Source: Acidobacteriota bacterium
Lineage (GTDB): Bacteria; Acidobacteriota; UBA890; WLXD01
DNA length: 64,000 bases
Reading direction: 5' to 3'
Assembly (NCBI GenBank): GCA_965205505.1
Contig: CBDBHB010000009.1
Coordinates: 2,080,001-2,144,000 of the forward strand
This document shows positions 10,605-20,084 of the stretch, in pieces (position 1 is the stretch's first letter; every line of letters begins with the position of its first letter). The notes under the pieces are model-generated. The model saw only the letters and a program-made list of their open reading frames with translations. It was not told where the DNA came from and did no database searches. The position numbers and the translations under genes were made by a program.

Positions 10605-11102
10605 ATGCCAAAACGCCTGACCGTGTTGCAGGTAGCGCTGATCCTGATCGGCTCGGCCGCAAGCGCTCACGCCCAAACCGAGTCGCGGGATCCGTTGATC
10701 GGCACCTGGACACTCAACGCCGAGAAGTCGGTCTTTGGCGGCAACGCGCCTCCGCCGACCAGCCTGACGAGGACGTTCGACTACACCAAAGACGGGCTGA
10801 TGCTCGTGACGCTCGAGACCGTGAACGCCCGTGGCCGCTCATTTCTGCACTGGTACTTGGGCTTCGACGGCAAGGAGTACCCGGAGTATTCAAGGGAATC
10901 CGGGGCGAAGCCGACATACTGGCTCTCGGCCAAGGTGATCGATCCCTACACGAAGGAGGTGATAGATCGCGTTGCGGACCAAGACGAGCCATTCCTGATG
11001 ATCACCTTTGCCGTCTCGAAAGACGGTGAGACCATGACGATGACGTACAAGGACATGGATGGTACGCCCGGCAACGTTGTCGTGTACGACAAGGTGTTCT
11101 AG
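10605..11102 (+). CDS. Secreted hypothetical protein, lipocalin-like beta-barrel
   Basis: Signal peptide ending AHA-Q; GTWTLNAEKS, FDGKEYP, VSKDGETMT, VVVYDK. Confidence 0.7.
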   Translation: MPKRLTVLQVALILIGSAASAHAQTESRDPLIGTWTLNAEKSVFGGNAPPPTSLTRTFDYTKDGLMLVTLETVNARGRSFLHWYLGFDGKEYPEYSRESGAKPTYWLSAKVIDPYTKEVIDRVADQDEPFLMITFAVSKDGETMTMTYKDMDGTPGNVVVYDKVF

Positions 11103-11220
11103 TGAGTGCCGCTTAACTTGAGGCGAGCCGAGTGTCGAGTCCCTTCTGAGGGGAGTGGACTCCGGCTCCGTTGATCTCCGCATCCGGCAGACGCGCGATC
11201 GCTTGATCCTAGAAGCCAAA

Positions 11221-11927
11221 CTACCGGACGACGATGACTGGCGAGTCGAGCGCATCCATCGCCTGCTCCTCTAGGTCGATGGTGTTGTAGATGTCGTTGA
11301 TGATCGGCTGCTCCGCCGCACCATTCACATTGCCCTCGATCAGGACGTTGTCGAAGCAGTACGCAGTATCCTGTCCCAAACTCGCGGCCCCGAGTTGAAA
11401 CGTGTTCATAAGTGATCCGGGGGAACGTTGGTCGCGGTACAGCCATCTGCTCGCGCTGATTGTCTTGTCGTCGTCGACCGATATGGGCGCGATTCGAGAG
11501 TTGACTCTCGAGCGCGACCACATCTCGCCAGTCGGCGCGTAGATGTAGCGGCCCATCGGTAGGTAGGCGAAGAAATCGTTCACCGTCGGTGCTGGCATCG
11601 GAAACTCCTCTTTTCGTCATTCTCGAGCCACGTTGGATCGAAGACCGGCAACTTGTCGACGGGAGGCCACGTTCCCGCGCGTTTGTAGACGGCGCCCGTT
11701 TCGTGCACGGACCCAGGTGCTACGACGTATCCACCATCGCCTCGGACGTCGATCGCCAGCTGGAGCTCGCCGATCTTCACGCGGGCGTTGTTGCGGATCG
11801 GGCGACCGGGATACCGGAAGAATCGGTGCTCGCCGCGAGGCGTCTTCGTCGCCATTGCCGTAGGTGGCAGATTCGCGTCGGCCCAGGCGATCGCGTCCGG
11901 TGAGTCGAGGTCGATGGCCTCCGGCAC
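11221..11927 (-). pseudogene. Fragment of a phage/plasmid Prim-Pol (bifunctional primase/polymerase) gene, frameshifted and fused to unrelated sequence
   Basis: IDLD, TPRGEHRFF, IDVRGDGGYVVAPGSVH; continues in another frame as FFAYLPMGRYIYAPTGEMW; N-terminus missing. Confidence 0.7.
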
Positions 11928-12160
11928 CGGCTGCTACGAGAGTAACGACGCCTACCGGGATATCGATTCCTGCTTCATGGTGATGGAACGCAGCGTCGGG
12001 TTTCAGCCGAAACTCTCACCCGTGCCGTTTCGATCGCACATCGCGACCGCACCGCACGGCTTCGAGCAGGGGACGAGGTACAACTACACATCTGCCAATA
12101 CCAACGTGCTGATGTACCTGGCGGAGGTTGTCACCAGCAAGACCTACCCTGAGCTGAACT
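11925..12160 (+). pseudogene. Internal fragment of a serine hydrolase (beta-lactamase family)
   Basis: QGTRYNYTSANTNVLMYLAEVVT resembles the YxSxN region; no start or end. Confidence 0.5.
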
Positions 12161-12332
12161 GCGGCGTTGGCGTCATATCGCCGCAGACGCCTCACTGACC
12201 CCGGTCCGCAAACCTCTTTGATACCGGTCGGTTCCAGGGGGTCGTGCGTATCAGCAGCGCTAGCCGGACGAATCGCCTCCGTTTACTGCTCATCGGCTCA
12301 ACGCCCGGGGGTTGGCACGCCGGGTCAAATGT

Positions 12333-12470
12333 GCGCGCGAATCTGATTTGCTGCGGGAGGCCCTGGGCACGAAGGTCATCGACAAGTTGGTCGAAACCAA
12401 GATCGACGAGTACGATGGCTACCGGCTCCATGTCTCCAATCGCGAGCTCGAAGAGAGGCCGAAACTCTAG
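12333..12470 (+). pseudogene. glnA: C-terminal fragment of glutamine synthetase
   Basis: Manual translation ESDLLREALGTKVIDKLVETKIDEYDGYRLHVSNRELEE...stop resembles the GSI C-terminus; immediately upstream of gltB. Confidence 0.65.
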
Positions 12471-12508
12471 TGTCTTGTAGCCGGGAGGGCCCTCACGATC
12501 GACGCGGC

Positions 12509-15500
12509 ATGCCTCTTGGGGCCACAGCACCGCTCTACGACCCGCAATTCGAGCATGATGGGTGTGGCGTCGGCTTTGTAGCCAACATCGCCGCCAACAG
12601 GACACACGAGATCGTCGAACACTCGATCGAGGCTGTCCGTCGCGTTGCTCACCGTGGTGCATTCGATGCGGACGCCAAGACCGGTGACGGCTCCGGGCTG
12701 ATGCTCCAGGTTCCGAGCACGCTCTTTCGCCAGGAGTACGAGCATCTAACGCGTTTGCGGCCTACGACCGGCCCCATCGGTGTCGGGATGCTGTTCCTGC
12801 CGCCTCGTAGCGAGGCGGCACACCCGGTCTTCAAGAATCTGGTGGAAGAAGTCTTCTTGAAGCGCGGCATGACCCGCTTCGTATGGCGCCACGTACCGAC
12901 GGACGACAGTGTCCTGGGTGACAAGGGGCTCGCCACCAAGCCAGCGATCCAACAGCTCCTGGTGGTCTTCCCGGAGAAAACACTGCCGCTCGAGGCAGAT
13001 CGAGAGCTCTACGCAGCACGCAGGGAGATCGAGTCCCGAGCCGCTCGAACAGTGGACATCGGGCTGTATGTCGTTTCCTTCTCCTGCCGGACGATCGTCT
13101 ACAAGGGTCTCCTTACGGGGACGTCGCTGGCCGACTTCTTTCCAGATTTGCGCAACCCGGAGTTCAAATCAGCCTTTGGGATGTTCCACCAGCGCTATAG
13201 CACCAACACCTTTCCGAACTGGCATCTGGCGCAGCCCTTTCGAATGTTGGCGCACAACGGCGAGCTCAACACCATCCAGGGCAACAAGAACTGGACCCGT
13301 GCCCGTGAAGGGCGCATGGCCTCCGACGTATGGGGTGACGATATCGATTACATCCGGCCGGTGATCCCGGATGGGGCGAGTGATTCGGCAAACCTCGACA
13401 ACGTTCTGGAGCTGTTGACGCTGTCGGGGCGGTCGGCGCCGCATGCAATGGTGATGCTTATCCGGGAAGCGTGGAAGGCTCATTCGGTGTTCAACGAGGA
13501 CGTGCGTGCGTTCTTCGAGTACCACGCCTGTCTCAACGAGCCGTGGGACGGACCGGCGGCGGTGGTCTTCAGCGATGGCGATGTTGTGGGAGCTATTCTC
13601 GACCGGAACGGCCTGCGTCCGGCACGTTACAAGATCACCCGCGACGGCCTCATCGTCTTGGGATCCGAGGTGGGCCTGTTGAACCTGGACGATTCCGAGG
13701 TCGTCGAAAAGGGTCGACTGGGATCGGGCAACATGATCGCCGTCGATCTGCTGAACGGACGGCTCATCAAGGGCAAGCAGATCAAGCGCGAGCTGGCGGC
13801 CCGCCGTCCTTACCGGAGCTGGGTGGCGGAGAACCTGACACGACTGCCGGAGCAGCCGGTAGAGGTGCACACGACGGGGCGGGATCGAGAGGCAGCCGAC
13901 ACCGTCCAGCAGCAGATCTGCTTTGGCTACAGTGCCGAGGAATTCAGGCTGGTTCTCGAACCCATGGTGCTCGAGGGTAAGGAGCCCGTCGGTTCGATGG
14001 GCGATGACACACCGTTGGCGGTGCTGTCAGGCAAGCCCAAGTTGCTGAGCTCCTACTTCGCGCAGCGATTCGCTCAAGTAACCAATCCGCCTATTGACTC
14101 CATTCGCGAGCGGGCGGTGATGAATCTCTCGAGCAACCTCGGACGGCGGCGGAACTGGCTCGCCGAGACACCCGAGCACGCTCGCCAGGTGCGGCTACCC
14201 AGCCCGATCATCTCGGATGCCGACTTCGACCTCATGCGAAGTCGCTTCACACCGGAGAAGGTCAGGGTGATCTCGCTGCTCTGTGACGTGACCGGAGGTG
14301 TGTCAGCGATGCGCGAGCACCTCGATACGGTCTCGTTCGCCGCCCAGGAGGCCGCCAAAGACGGTTGCGAGTTGCTGATCTTGAGCGATCGTGGCGTCAA
14401 CTCCGACAACGTTCCACTGCCGATCCTGCTTGCCGTTGGAGCCGTCAACAACCACCTTCTGCGAGTCGGTGAGCGACTCCAGTGCGACATCGTCGCCGAA
14501 TCGGGCGAGCCTCGAGACGTTCATCAGTTCGCGACCCTCATCGGGTATGGGGCGGGAGCCATTCATCCGTACCTTGCCTACCGCTCGATCCTCGAGCACT
14601 TTGCCAGCGACGAGACACCTGGACGCCGACCGGCGGAGTTGCTGTCCCGGTATCGTGAAGCGCTCAACAACGGATTGCTCAAGATCCTCTCGAAGATGGG
14701 CATCTCGATCCTCTCGAGCTACCGCGGCGCCCAGATTTTCGAGGCCGTGGGTATTAACCGCGGTGTGATCGCCCGTTGTTTTTCCGGCACACCATCCCGT
14801 ATCAGCGGCGTCGGCCTCAAAGAGATTCTCACCGACGCCTTTGTTCGGCATCGGCATGCCTTTGGCGACAGCGCGCTCAGCGCTCCGCCCGACGCCGGCT
14901 TCTACCGGTTCAAGAGGAAGGGTGAGGCGCACGCCTGGATGCCTCCGATGCACCGGGCGATGATCGGCCTTCGCCGGGAGCCCGACTCGGCATCGCACTA
15001 TCGGAAGTTTGCGCTGGCCGCCAACAACCATGCGCCGATCGCTATTCGAGACCTGCTGCGTTTCAGGCGTACTCAGGAGTTGCTGCCGATCGATGAGGTC
15101 GAGCCCGTCGAGTCGCTCCGGAGGCGCTTTACCACTGCTGGCATGTCGCTCGGCGCCCTTTCTCCCGAAGCCCACGAGGCCCTGGCGGTCGCCATGAACC
15201 GTATTGGCGGGAGAAGCAATACTGGAGAGGGCGGTGAAGACTCGGAGCGCTTCCATCCGCTGCCCAACGGCGATAGCAAGAACAGCGCCATCAAACAGAT
15301 CGCTTCGGGGCGCTTCGGTGTTACCGCCGAATACCTGGTGCACGCCACCGAGATCGAGATCAAGATGGCACAGGGATCCAAGCCAGGAGAGGGTGGTCAG
15401 CTCCCCGGCCACAAGGTCAATGGCCTAATCGCGCGGCTGCGCCATTCGGCACCAGGGGTGACGTTGATCTCACCGCCCCCACATCACGACATCTACAGCA

Positions 15501-17011
15501 TCGAGGACTTGTCCCAGCTCATCCACGACCTCAAACAGGTCAACCCCGAAGCGAAAATATGCGTGAAGCTGGTGGCCCAGACGGGAGTAGGAACCGTCGC
15601 CGCCGGTGTCGCCAAGGCGTTGGCAGATGTCATCCTCATCAGCGGTCACGATGGCGGCACAGGAGCATCGCCGCTCGCCTCGATCAAGCACGCTGGCGGG
15701 CCCTGGGAGCTCGGCTTGGCCGAGGCCCAGCAGGTGTTGATGCTCAACAACCTTCGCGAGCGAGTGACGCTGCGAACGGATGGTGGCCTCAAGACCGGTC
15801 GCGACATCGTTGTCGCGGCGATGCTCGGCGCCGAGGAATTCAATTTCGGAACCGCAGCCCTTGTTGCTCTCGGTTGCGTCTACGTCCGCCAGTGCCATCT
15901 CAACACCTGCCCGGTAGGCATCGCGACCCAGGATCCCGCGTTGCGCAAGAAATTCCACGGCCGGCCGGAGGCGCTCGTCGGTTATCTGACGCAGATCGCC
16001 CAGGACGTCCGCGAGATCCTAGCGCAGATCGGCGTTCGCTCCCTCGACGAGATCGTGGGTCGCGCTGACCTTCTCGAGCAGATAGGCGTCGACGGATACC
16101 CGGCAACGGCTCTGGTGGATCTATGGCGGTTGACGCCGCCGGCGCCAGACGGCGTGGCTCGGCGGCGGCTGTGGAAGCGCAACCACCGGCTGGAGGCACC
16201 GCTAAACGAACGCCTGGTGCGTCACGCTCGCGGCGCCATCGAGGGCGGCACACCGGTGAAGCTGCGATACAAGATCGACAATGCCGACCGTACGGTAGGG
16301 GCGACGTTGGCAGGAGAGATTGCCCACCGATACGGTGAGCAAGGGCTGCCTCCAGGGACCATCGAGATCTTGTGCGATGGTAGCGCTGGCCAAAGCTTCG
16401 CGGCTTGGTGTGTCAATGGCATGCGTCTGATTCTCCGCGGCGAAGCCAACGACTATGTCTGCAAGGGCATGAGCGGTGGAGAGGTCGTACTCAGACCGCC
16501 TCCGGGGGTCGAGCGGCGGTCCGAGGAGGACGTCATCATGGGAAACAGCGTCATGTACGGCGCCACCGGCGGGTATCTGTTCGCCCGCGGAACAGCCGGC
16601 GAACGCTTTGCCGTTCGCAACAGCGGCGGGCACGCGGTTGTCGAAGGTGTGGGCGACCACGGGTGCGAGTACATGACCAACGGTGTCGTCGTGGTCCTCG
16701 GTCGTACAGGCCGCAATTTTGCTGCCGGGATGACCGGTGGGATGGCTTATGTTCTCGACGAGCATGAGAAATTCGTCGGTCGTTGCAACCCTTCCACCGT
16801 TATCCTCGGCCCCGTCGCCAAATCCACAGATCTCGAGCTCTTGCGGGGGCTGATCGAACGCCACACCGAGTTAACCGCCAGCTCGATCGGTGAGCGCATA
16901 CTCGATTCTTGGGAGGTCTCGAGCTGCCAGTTCTGGCAGGTCGCGCCGGCCAGCGGCGATACCGGAGCTCAAGAGCGGGAACCTGTGCAATCCGAGGCTT
17001 CCGTCGCCTAG
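12509..17011 (+). CDS. gltB: Glutamate synthase large subunit
   Basis: EHDGCGVGF (catalytic Cys), HQRYSTNT, EPWDGP, KMAQGSKPGEGGQLPG, CxxxxQCHLNTCP, GERFAVRNSG. Confidence 0.97.
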   Translation: MPLGATAPLYDPQFEHDGCGVGFVANIAANRTHEIVEHSIEAVRRVAHRGAFDADAKTGDGSGLMLQVPSTLFRQEYEHLTRLRPTTGPIGVGMLFLPPRSEAAHPVFKNLVEEVFLKRGMTRFVWRHVPTDDSVLGDKGLATKPAIQQLLVVFPEKTLPLEADRELYAARREIESRAARTVDIGLYVVSFSCRTIVYKGLLTGTSLADFFPDLRNPEFKSAFGMFHQRYSTNTFPNWHLAQPFRMLAHNGELNTIQGNKNWTRAREGRMASDVWGDDIDYIRPVIPDGASDSANLDNVLELLTLSGRSAPHAMVMLIREAWKAHSVFNEDVRAFFEYHACLNEPWDGPAAVVFSDGDVVGAILDRNGLRPARYKITRDGLIVLGSEVGLLNLDDSEVVEKGRLGSGNMIAVDLLNGRLIKGKQIKRELAARRPYRSWVAENLTRLPEQPVEVHTTGRDREAADTVQQQICFGYSAEEFRLVLEPMVLEGKEPVGSMGDDTPLAVLSGKPKLLSSYFAQRFAQVTNPPIDSIRERAVMNLSSNLGRRRNWLAETPEHARQVRLPSPIISDADFDLMRSRFTPEKVRVISLLCDVTGGVSAMREHLDTVSFAAQEAAKDGCELLILSDRGVNSDNVPLPILLAVGAVNNHLLRVGERLQCDIVAESGEPRDVHQFATLIGYGAGAIHPYLAYRSILEHFASDETPGRRPAELLSRYREALNNGLLKILSKMGISILSSYRGAQIFEAVGINRGVIARCFSGTPSRISGVGLKEILTDAFVRHRHAFGDSALSAPPDAGFYRFKRKGEAHAWMPPMHRAMIGLRREPDSASHYRKFALAANNHAPIAIRDLLRFRRTQELLPIDEVEPVESLRRRFTTAGMSLGALSPEAHEALAVAMNRIGGRSNTGEGGEDSERFHPLPNGDSKNSAIKQIASGRFGVTAEYLVHATEIEIKMAQGSKPGEGGQLPGHKVNGLIARLRHSAPGVTLISPPPHHDIYSIEDLSQLIHDLKQVNPEAKICVKLVAQTGVGTVAAGVAKALADVILISGHDGGTGASPLASIKHAGGPWELGLAEAQQVLMLNNLRERVTLRTDGGLKTGRDIVVAAMLGAEEFNFGTAALVALGCVYVRQCHLNTCPVGIATQDPALRKKFHGRPEALVGYLTQIAQDVREILAQIGVRSLDEIVGRADLLEQIGVDGYPATALVDLWRLTPPAPDGVARRRLWKRNHRLEAPLNERLVRHARGAIEGGTPVKLRYKIDNADRTVGATLAGEIAHRYGEQGLPPGTIEILCDGSAGQSFAAWCVNGMRLILRGEANDYVCKGMSGGEVVLRPPPGVERRSEEDVIMGNSVMYGATGGYLFARGTAGERFAVRNSGGHAVVEGVGDHGCEYMTNGVVVVLGRTGRNFAAGMTGGMAYVLDEHEKFVGRCNPSTVILGPVAKSTDLELLRGLIERHTELTASSIGERILDSWEVSSCQFWQVAPASGDTGAQEREPVQSEASVA

Positions 17012-17046
17012 CGCGGCGTCGGGTAACACTGGGTCACGCCCTTGAG

Positions 17047-17170
17047 GGCATCGGCAAGTTGACGACGTGTCTGGCAGATCCCGGCGATGAGTGACGGTCG
17101 GCAGCGCCACCCTCGACACCGGTTCCCTCCCGAGATCATCAGCCACGCCGTGCGGCTGTATCACCACTGT
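17047..17170 (+). mobile_element. IS6-family left-end remnant
   Basis: GGCATCGGCAAGTT end followed by RHRFPPEIISHAVRLYH, then truncated. Confidence 0.7.
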
Positions 17171-17195
17171 CCCGTGGCACCTTCCCGGTACCCAC

Positions 17196-17224
17196 CGGGA
17201 TCTCACAGCCTCTGAGGATAGGCT
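17196..17224 (+). promoter_or_regulatory. Promoter-like motif of kinase copy 2
   Basis: CGGGAT-N17-TAGGCT, homologous to 1884-1912 and 21230-21258. Confidence 0.45.
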
Positions 17225-17254
17225 TCAGCGCTCACCCACCCCTCTGGTAGCCCC

Positions 17255-17335
17255 ATGGAACCTGGTACCAAGCTCGGCCACTACGAGATCACCGAGCAGC
17301 TCGGTGCTGGCGGCATGGGCGAGGTGTACCTGGCA
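17255..17335 (+). pseudogene. Ser/Thr kinase N-terminal stub
   Basis: [27 protein letters not shown], then homology ends. Confidence 0.8.
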
Positions 17336-17850
17336 ACGGGCTGCCGGCGGAAGCCTTCGATGCGGTCCCGGCCATCGAGAGCACCGAGCACATGGCGGAT
17401 CCGCGTCGAGCGTTCCGCGAGGCGCGACGGGTCCTCAGACCGGAGGGACGGCTGGTGGTCTGTGCCTGGCTCGCGGCCGAAGCGCCGTCGGGATGGGCGC
17501 GGCGGCATCTCCTCGAACCCATCCGCCGGGAGGGCCGGCTGGCGTGGCTCCCCACCGGATCGAGCCTGCGGGCAGCGGTGGAGGCGGCCGGCCTCCGGGT
17601 CGTGGAGGTCGAGGATCTCACCCGAAAGGTCCGGAGGACCTGGACGATCTGTCTCCGCCGGCTCGCTGGAGCGCTCCTCCGACGTTCCGACTATCGACGC
17701 TTCATCCTGGACCGGAGCCGGGAGGAACGGGTCTTCGCTCGGACGATGGTGCGCATCTGGCTGGCGTATCGGGTCGGGGCGATGCGGTACGCGATGCTCA
17801 CCGCCCGCCGCCCCCGGGAGGATGACCCGGGGCCCCGGGAACGATGTTGA
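17335..17850 (+). pseudogene. C-terminal part of a class I SAM methyltransferase
   Basis: NGLPAEAFDAVPAIESTEHMAD...EARRVLRPEGRLVVCAW; SAM-binding motif I absent. Confidence 0.7.
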
Positions 17851-18569
17851 CGATGGCGAGGGTGGGTGTCGACGACCGCGGCCGCACCCCGCGAACCGCG
17901 AGGGAACCCCTCGGGACCGCAGTCCTGGCGCTGGCGCTCGTCCTCGCCGTGCCGGGGCGCGCGCCGGCGGTCCGGGACCAGGACGAAGGCGCCGCCGCCG
18001 CGATTCCCGTAGACGCCACCGGACTGGCCTCGGGTCCGTACGCCTCCCTGGAAATGGTCTACGAGCGAACGATCTTCCGGGTGGACGTCCTGCGCCTGAC
18101 GCTGCGGTTCGGAGCGCAGACTGCCGCCGAGCTGGAGCACCTTGTTGACGGCCGGCAGTACACCGACGAGCTGGCCGAGTCGGTCGTGCGAGCCGCCGTC
18201 GAATCCCAGGACCTGCTGGTTCGGAGCCGCTTCCTCCACGACGTCAGCCTCGAGCAGTTCCTGGACGGGATTCGCGAGAACATGGAACACGCCCGGGACG
18301 CCGGTTTCCTGTCGTCGGAGGAGGTTCGGACCCTGCTTCCCGAGATCGAGGCCCAGTACGAGCCGATCCGCGATCGAGGTATCCGGGACGGCGAGACTAT
18401 GTGGTACCGGATCCGGGGCGACACCCTCCACGTGGCTTTTCAGGCGCTGGACGGGAGCGTCCTCATCGACCGCAGGCAGGAGGGGTCCGAGCATCGTCGT
18501 GCCGTGCTGGGTGGCTACCTGGCGCCGGGATCGGACTTCCGCGAGGACCTCAGCCGATCCCTCTTCTAG
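17844..18569 (+). CDS. Exported hypothetical protein
   Basis: Hydrophobic signal-like segment; start overlaps the upstream stop; natural-looking composition. Confidence 0.65.
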   Translation: MLTMARVGVDDRGRTPRTAREPLGTAVLALALVLAVPGRAPAVRDQDEGAAAAIPVDATGLASGPYASLEMVYERTIFRVDVLRLTLRFGAQTAAELEHLVDGRQYTDELAESVVRAAVESQDLLVRSRFLHDVSLEQFLDGIRENMEHARDAGFLSSEEVRTLLPEIEAQYEPIRDRGIRDGETMWYRIRGDTLHVAFQALDGSVLIDRRQEGSEHRRAVLGGYLAPGSDFREDLSRSLF

Positions 18570-18579
18570 AAGGCTAGAA

Positions 18580-18913
18580 GGCATTGTCAACTTAACGGAG
18601 ATCCTGGCAGAGTGCGGCCATGATCAACGCCGCCAGCCGCTATCGCCGACACCGTTTCCCGATCGAGATCATGAGCCATGCCGTCTGGCTCTACCATCGG
18701 TTCTGCTTGAGCTTCCGAGACGTCGAGGATCTCCTGGCCCAGCGCGGGGTCGAGGTCACCTACGAGACGATTCGGCGGTGGTGTGGGAAGTTCGGCCCTG
18801 ACTACGCCCGGAAGCTACGTCGGCGACAGGGTCGTCTGGGTGACGCATGGTTCCTGGACGAGGTTTTCGTGAGCATCCGCGGCAGGCGCCATTACCTTTG
18901 CCGTCCGAGTTAA
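18580..18913 (+). mobile_element. IS6-family remnant (left end and truncated transposase 18620-18913)
   Basis: GGCATTGTCAACTT end; YRRHRFPIEIMSHAVWLYHRFCLSFRDVEDLL, WFLDEVFV. Confidence 0.88.
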
Positions 18914-18939
18914 CGTACACACCGTCGTAGCTAGTGCCG

Positions 18940-19647
18940 CTACCCTCCACTACAGGGTTTGAGGGTGACCCAGATGAGCTCGATCGGCTCGTCGCCGTTG
19001 TTGCCCGAGTCGTGCTGCTCCGACAGTTCGACGGCCTCCATCCAGCCGACAGAACCGTCGGGCGAAGGCCGGGTGCCGACTCTCTCGCTGCCATCGCGAC
19101 GCCCGGACCACACACCACCCTTGACATGAACGTAGACCTGCTCGCCCGGGTGGGAGTGCACCCCCTCCCACTGCCCCGGCTCGACGACGAACTTCTGCAC
19201 CACGACGTGATCGTTCTCCAGCAGCAGTTCGCCCGGAATGTTCGGATAAAACGTGCCGGTGTGATGGTTCGCCACTAACGTGCAAGGTTTGAGGGTGATC
19301 CAGACCAACTCGATTGGGGTGTCTCCGGTGTTGCCGGAATTGTGTTGCTCCGACAGATCGATGGCATCCATCCATCCGACGGAGCCGGCGGGCGAAGGCT
19401 GGGTGCCGATTCTCTCGCGGCCGCCACGACGCCCAGACCACACACCGCCCTTGATGGTCACCCAGAGCTGGTTGCCTGGGTGTGGATGGACCCCCTCCCA
19501 CTGCCCCGGCTCGACGACGAACTTCTGCACCACGACGCGATCGTTCTCCAGCAGCAGCTCGCCCGGAATATCCGGATAAAAGGTACCGATCTCCTGGCCG
19601 GCAAAGAGCAATCCGGGGAGCGCCAGGATGACGGCGGCCAGCATCAT
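18940..19647 (-). CDS. Secreted protein with two tandem cupin domains
   Basis: Signal peptide MMLAAVILALPGLLFA; two similar domains LLENDxVVV...GVHxHPG...HxSGNxG. Confidence 0.8.
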   Translation of the reverse strand: MMLAAVILALPGLLFAGQEIGTFYPDIPGELLLENDRVVVQKFVVEPGQWEGVHPHPGNQLWVTIKGGVWSGRRGGRERIGTQPSPAGSVGWMDAIDLSEQHNSGNTGDTPIELVWITLKPCTLVANHHTGTFYPNIPGELLLENDHVVVQKFVVEPGQWEGVHSHPGEQVYVHVKGGVWSGRRDGSERVGTRPSPDGSVGWMEAVELSEQHDSGNNGDEPIELIWVTLKPCSGG

Positions 19648-19805
19648 ACGGATTGGGTTTCGGGTCGCTGCACTCGCGGGTGCTCGGCACGGAACGCAGC
19701 ATCGGTTGCTGCTCGTGAGGTCCATGGACGGCATCAGCTTGACCTGACCCCCCAAAACGGATCCAGAGGTAATCTCACGATCTGGGTCGAAAAGGGGAGG
19801 TCAGA

Positions 19806-20084
19806 ATGCCGACGAAGAGGCACAGCGCCGAGCAGATCGTACGCAAGCTCCGGGAGGCTGAAGTGGAGCTGGCGCAAGGCGGGACGGTCAAGGATGCCTG
19901 CCGCAAGCTAGCGATCACCGAGCACACCTACTATCGGTGGCGGCGGGAGTACGGGGGGCTGAAGGTCAACCAGGCCAGAAGGCTCAAGCAGCTGGAGAAA
20001 GAAAACGCCCGGCTCAAGAAACTGGTGGCGGAGAAAGAGCTCGACCTGTCGATCCTGAAGGAAGTCGCGGAGGGAAACTTCTGA
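19806..20084 (+). CDS. IS3 transposase OrfA
   Basis: HTH ([11 protein letters not shown]) plus leucine zipper; ends GGGAAACTTCTGA at the frameshift window. Confidence 0.93.
   Translation: MPTKRHSAEQIVRKLREAEVELAQGGTVKDACRKLAITEHTYYRWRREYGGLKVNQARRLKQLEKENARLKKLVAEKELDLSILKEVAEGNF

Noticed and set aside
4912-17011. N-methylglutamate pathway (mgd/mgs/gmaS) suggested by sox + glnA + gltB proximity
   Set aside because: gltB is a full-length single chain, not split MgsABC; glnA is only a tail; the blocks are separated by unrelated fragments.
18940-19600. Cupin duplication as a DGR template/variable repeat pair
   Set aside because: Both copies lie in one reading frame and there is no reverse transcriptase in the window.
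19647-19755. IS3 interrupting the cupin gene
   Set aside because: A signal-peptide start exists at 19647; the longer ORF-track start lies inside the IS end.
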